A DNA stretch of 8,618 nucleotides from Candidatus Odinarchaeota archaeon (GTDB lineage: Archaea; Asgardarchaeota; Odinarchaeia; Odinarchaeales; Odinarchaeaceae). Each line of letters opens with the position of its first letter. The stretch's first letter is position 1. The translations under genes and the position numbers were made by a program. Positions 7,018 to 8,618 of the stretch are shown in pieces. The notes under the pieces were generated by a model. That model saw only the letters and a program-made list of their open reading frames with translations. It made no database searches and was not told the origin of the DNA. The DNA lies in the NCBI GenBank assembly GCA_038826135.1, contig JAWBON010000011.1, forward strand, positions 18,736 through 27,353, given 5' to 3'.

Positions 7018-7074
7018 TCAAGGGTTCGATTCCCTTCGGGCCCGCCAATTAATTACGATAGGAGCCGGTCTTAT

Positions 7075-8061
7075 TTGGTTTTATCATCCTCCTGGTGGGT
7101 TTATCTATTAGTTTTTTCAATGTCTGCTTTCATATCTTTTATTGCAATACCCCTAGCAGCCAGCAAATTCAAGAAGGCTGGTTTGAAGGGTGTTAATCTT
7201 CACTCAAAATCTAGGGAGGAGAACGCTGAAAGTTTAGGTTTAGTTATTGGAATGATCACCGTTATTGTTATTATATTAATGTCTTTTTTATTGAAATCGT
7301 ATATTGACTTAATATATACGGCTATTATGTCCGCTGTGCTAGCTCTAATACTAGGGTTTGTCGATGATGTTTTAAATGTTAGATGGCGTTATAAGCTTCT
7401 AATACCGTTATTCGCTTCCATACCGTTAATTCTTAATTACGCAGGCTCCACCTCTGTTGAAGTTCCTTTTATAGGAGTTATCGAACTCGGATTAATATAT
7501 CCTTTACTGTTAATCCCGTTAATCACGATTTATATGGCTAACTCTATTAACATATACGCTGGTATAAACCTGTTAGAGGCTGGTCAGGTTATTGTTTTAA
7601 CTAGTGTTATAATTATTTTAGGTGCGGTAACCGGTAACGAGCTAGCCTTATATATGGCTGTGCCGTTTCTGGGTGGATGCTTAGCCTTAGCTTGGTTTAA
7701 TAAATATCCTGCGAGAGTGTTTGTTGGCAACTCCTTTACATATTTTGCCGGTATGTTTCTTATTTCCGTGGTTGTTTTAGCAAATATGGAGAAAATATTT
7801 ATATTATGCACGTTTCCTCAGCTGATTAATTTTCTTTACTCGCTTAAAGATTTTATTAAAAAAACACCTAGGCATAGAGTTCCAGTCTACAACGTGACCA
7901 CAGGGCTTTTAGAGGATTCAGGGAATCACACTCTTCTCAACCTGGTTCTCAAATTGAAAGGCCCGATGACTGAGAGAAGGCTTTCAGGAATACTGATTTT
8001 ACTGCAACTGTTTAACGCGGTGATTGTTTTAGGAGTCTGGTTGTTTTTAATATTGCTATGA
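7075..8061 (+). CDS. alg7: UDP-GlcNAc:polyprenyl-phosphate GlcNAc-1-P transferase, DPAGT1/Alg7 type (AglH family)
   Basis: Multi-pass membrane protein with LGFVDDVLNVRWRYKL, NSINIYAGIN.LEAGQ, YPARVFVG..F.YFAGM, PQLINFLYSL, PRHRVP and NHTLLNL..GP..ER.L. TTG start with GGAG at 7061-7064. Confidence 0.93.
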   Translation: MVLSSSWWVYLLVFSMSAFISFIAIPLAASKFKKAGLKGVNLHSKSREENAESLGLVIGMITVIVIILMSFLLKSYIDLIYTAIMSAVLALILGFVDDVLNVRWRYKLLIPLFASIPLILNYAGSTSVEVPFIGVIELGLIYPLLLIPLITIYMANSINIYAGINLLEAGQVIVLTSVIIILGAVTGNELALYMAVPFLGGCLALAWFNKYPARVFVGNSFTYFAGMFLISVVVLANMEKIFILCTFPQLINFLYSLKDFIKKTPRHRVPVYNVTTGLLEDSGNHTLLNLVLKLKGPMTERRLSGILILLQLFNAVIVLGVWLFLILL

Positions 8062-8070
8062 GAGTGCCCT

Positions 8071-8590
8071 CTATGATTGGAGTATTCGAATCTCCCCACG
8101 TCCTTCCTCGATTACATCCCCTTTAAACACTTTAAAAGCCGTTTCAACCCCGTCTATTACACTGTGAACCAGCCCGGCGTCTATAAACCCTAACCCTATC
8201 TCTGCCGAGCCGAGAATGTTTATAACTCCCCCCCTCATCCTAGACCCTGTTTCAGCTCCGCAGGAGCCTTTCACTGTTATTTGACCGCCAAGCATGTAAT
8301 ATCCTAGAAAACATCCGCAGCAACCTTTCACAGTTATTTCCCCGCCAGTTAACCGCATACCGGTAAAATTCTTAGCATCCCCGTCAACTTTTATAACCCC
8401 CCCTTTCATGCCTTCAGAGGATCCTATGTAATTTGCACCTAGAAAACTCTCCGCGTTCTCTAACACGTGTATGAGGCCGCCGCTCATTTCAGCTCCACAC
8501 CAGTCATCCACACACCCGTTAACTGTTATTTCCCCCCCGCTCATATAGGCGCCTAAATGCAGCCCCGCATCCCCGCTAACGATCATCCTG
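8071..8590 (-). CDS. fwdC: Formylmethanofuran dehydrogenase subunit C-like GXGXG beta-helix protein, 5'-truncated
   Basis: Repeated G..M.GG.I.V.G units (GAYMSGGEITVNG, GAEMSGGLIHV, GMKGGVIKVDG, GSRMRGGVINI). The frame stays open to the window end, so ATG at 8586 is probably internal. Confidence 0.8.
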
Positions 8591-8618
8591 CCCCCCCCCC
8601 TTTTTTCCCCCCCCCCCC
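8591..8618. repeat. Terminal homopolymer tract C10-T6-C12, probable sequencing or assembly artefact
   Basis: Abrupt switch from coding sequence to pure homopolymer at the very end of an AT-rich window; it reads as poly-G on the minus strand. Confidence 0.75.

Larger units (their letters stand above)
6916..7047 (+). tRNA. tRNA-Lys(CUU) with two introns and encoded CCA
   Basis: Acceptor stem GGGCCCG/CGGGCCC, discriminator G then CCA; D-arm GCTC-AGGCAGGTA-GAGC; T-arm AAGGG-TTCGATT-CCCTT. Removing 6947-6970 and 6987-7017 gives a 77-nt cloverleaf with anticodon arm TCAGG-CT-CTT-AA-CTTGA and variable loop TGGTC. Confidence 0.93.

Noticed and set aside
7584-7811. Minus-strand 75-aa ORF
   Set aside because: It is antisense to the alg7 catalytic region and has no independent support.
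8591-8618. Poly-C/poly-G tract as a G-quadruplex, phase-variation tract or glycine-rich linker
   Set aside because: It sits at the extreme end, breaks the regular FwdC repeat and resembles poly-G tails from two-colour sequencing. Read mapping would settle this.

Overview
AT-rich, densely packed archaeal housekeeping window, probably ending at a contig end. In order: 5'-truncated NMD3; aIF-1A, Rio1 and Dim2/Pno1; a metallophosphoesterase (-); split Alg14 and Alg13; NH3-dependent NadE (-); a long Trm112; HTH-fused CTP-dependent riboflavin kinase; FAD synthase RibL (-); a tRNA gene; a DPAGT1/Alg7-type GlcNAc-1-P transferase; and a truncated FwdC-like gene (-). Two things stand out. First, the tRNA at 6916-7047 parses cleanly only as tRNA-Lys(CUU) with two non-canonical bulge-helix-bulge (BHB) introns, at 30/31 and 46/47. 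Second, homologs of all three eukaryotic chitobiosyl-PP-dolichol initiation enzymes (Alg14, Alg13, Alg7) lie within 4.7 kb and carry eukaryote-type motifs. An Asgard (Odinarchaeia-like) origin is my inference from these features; it was not tested by any search. No CRISPR array or mobile element was seen.
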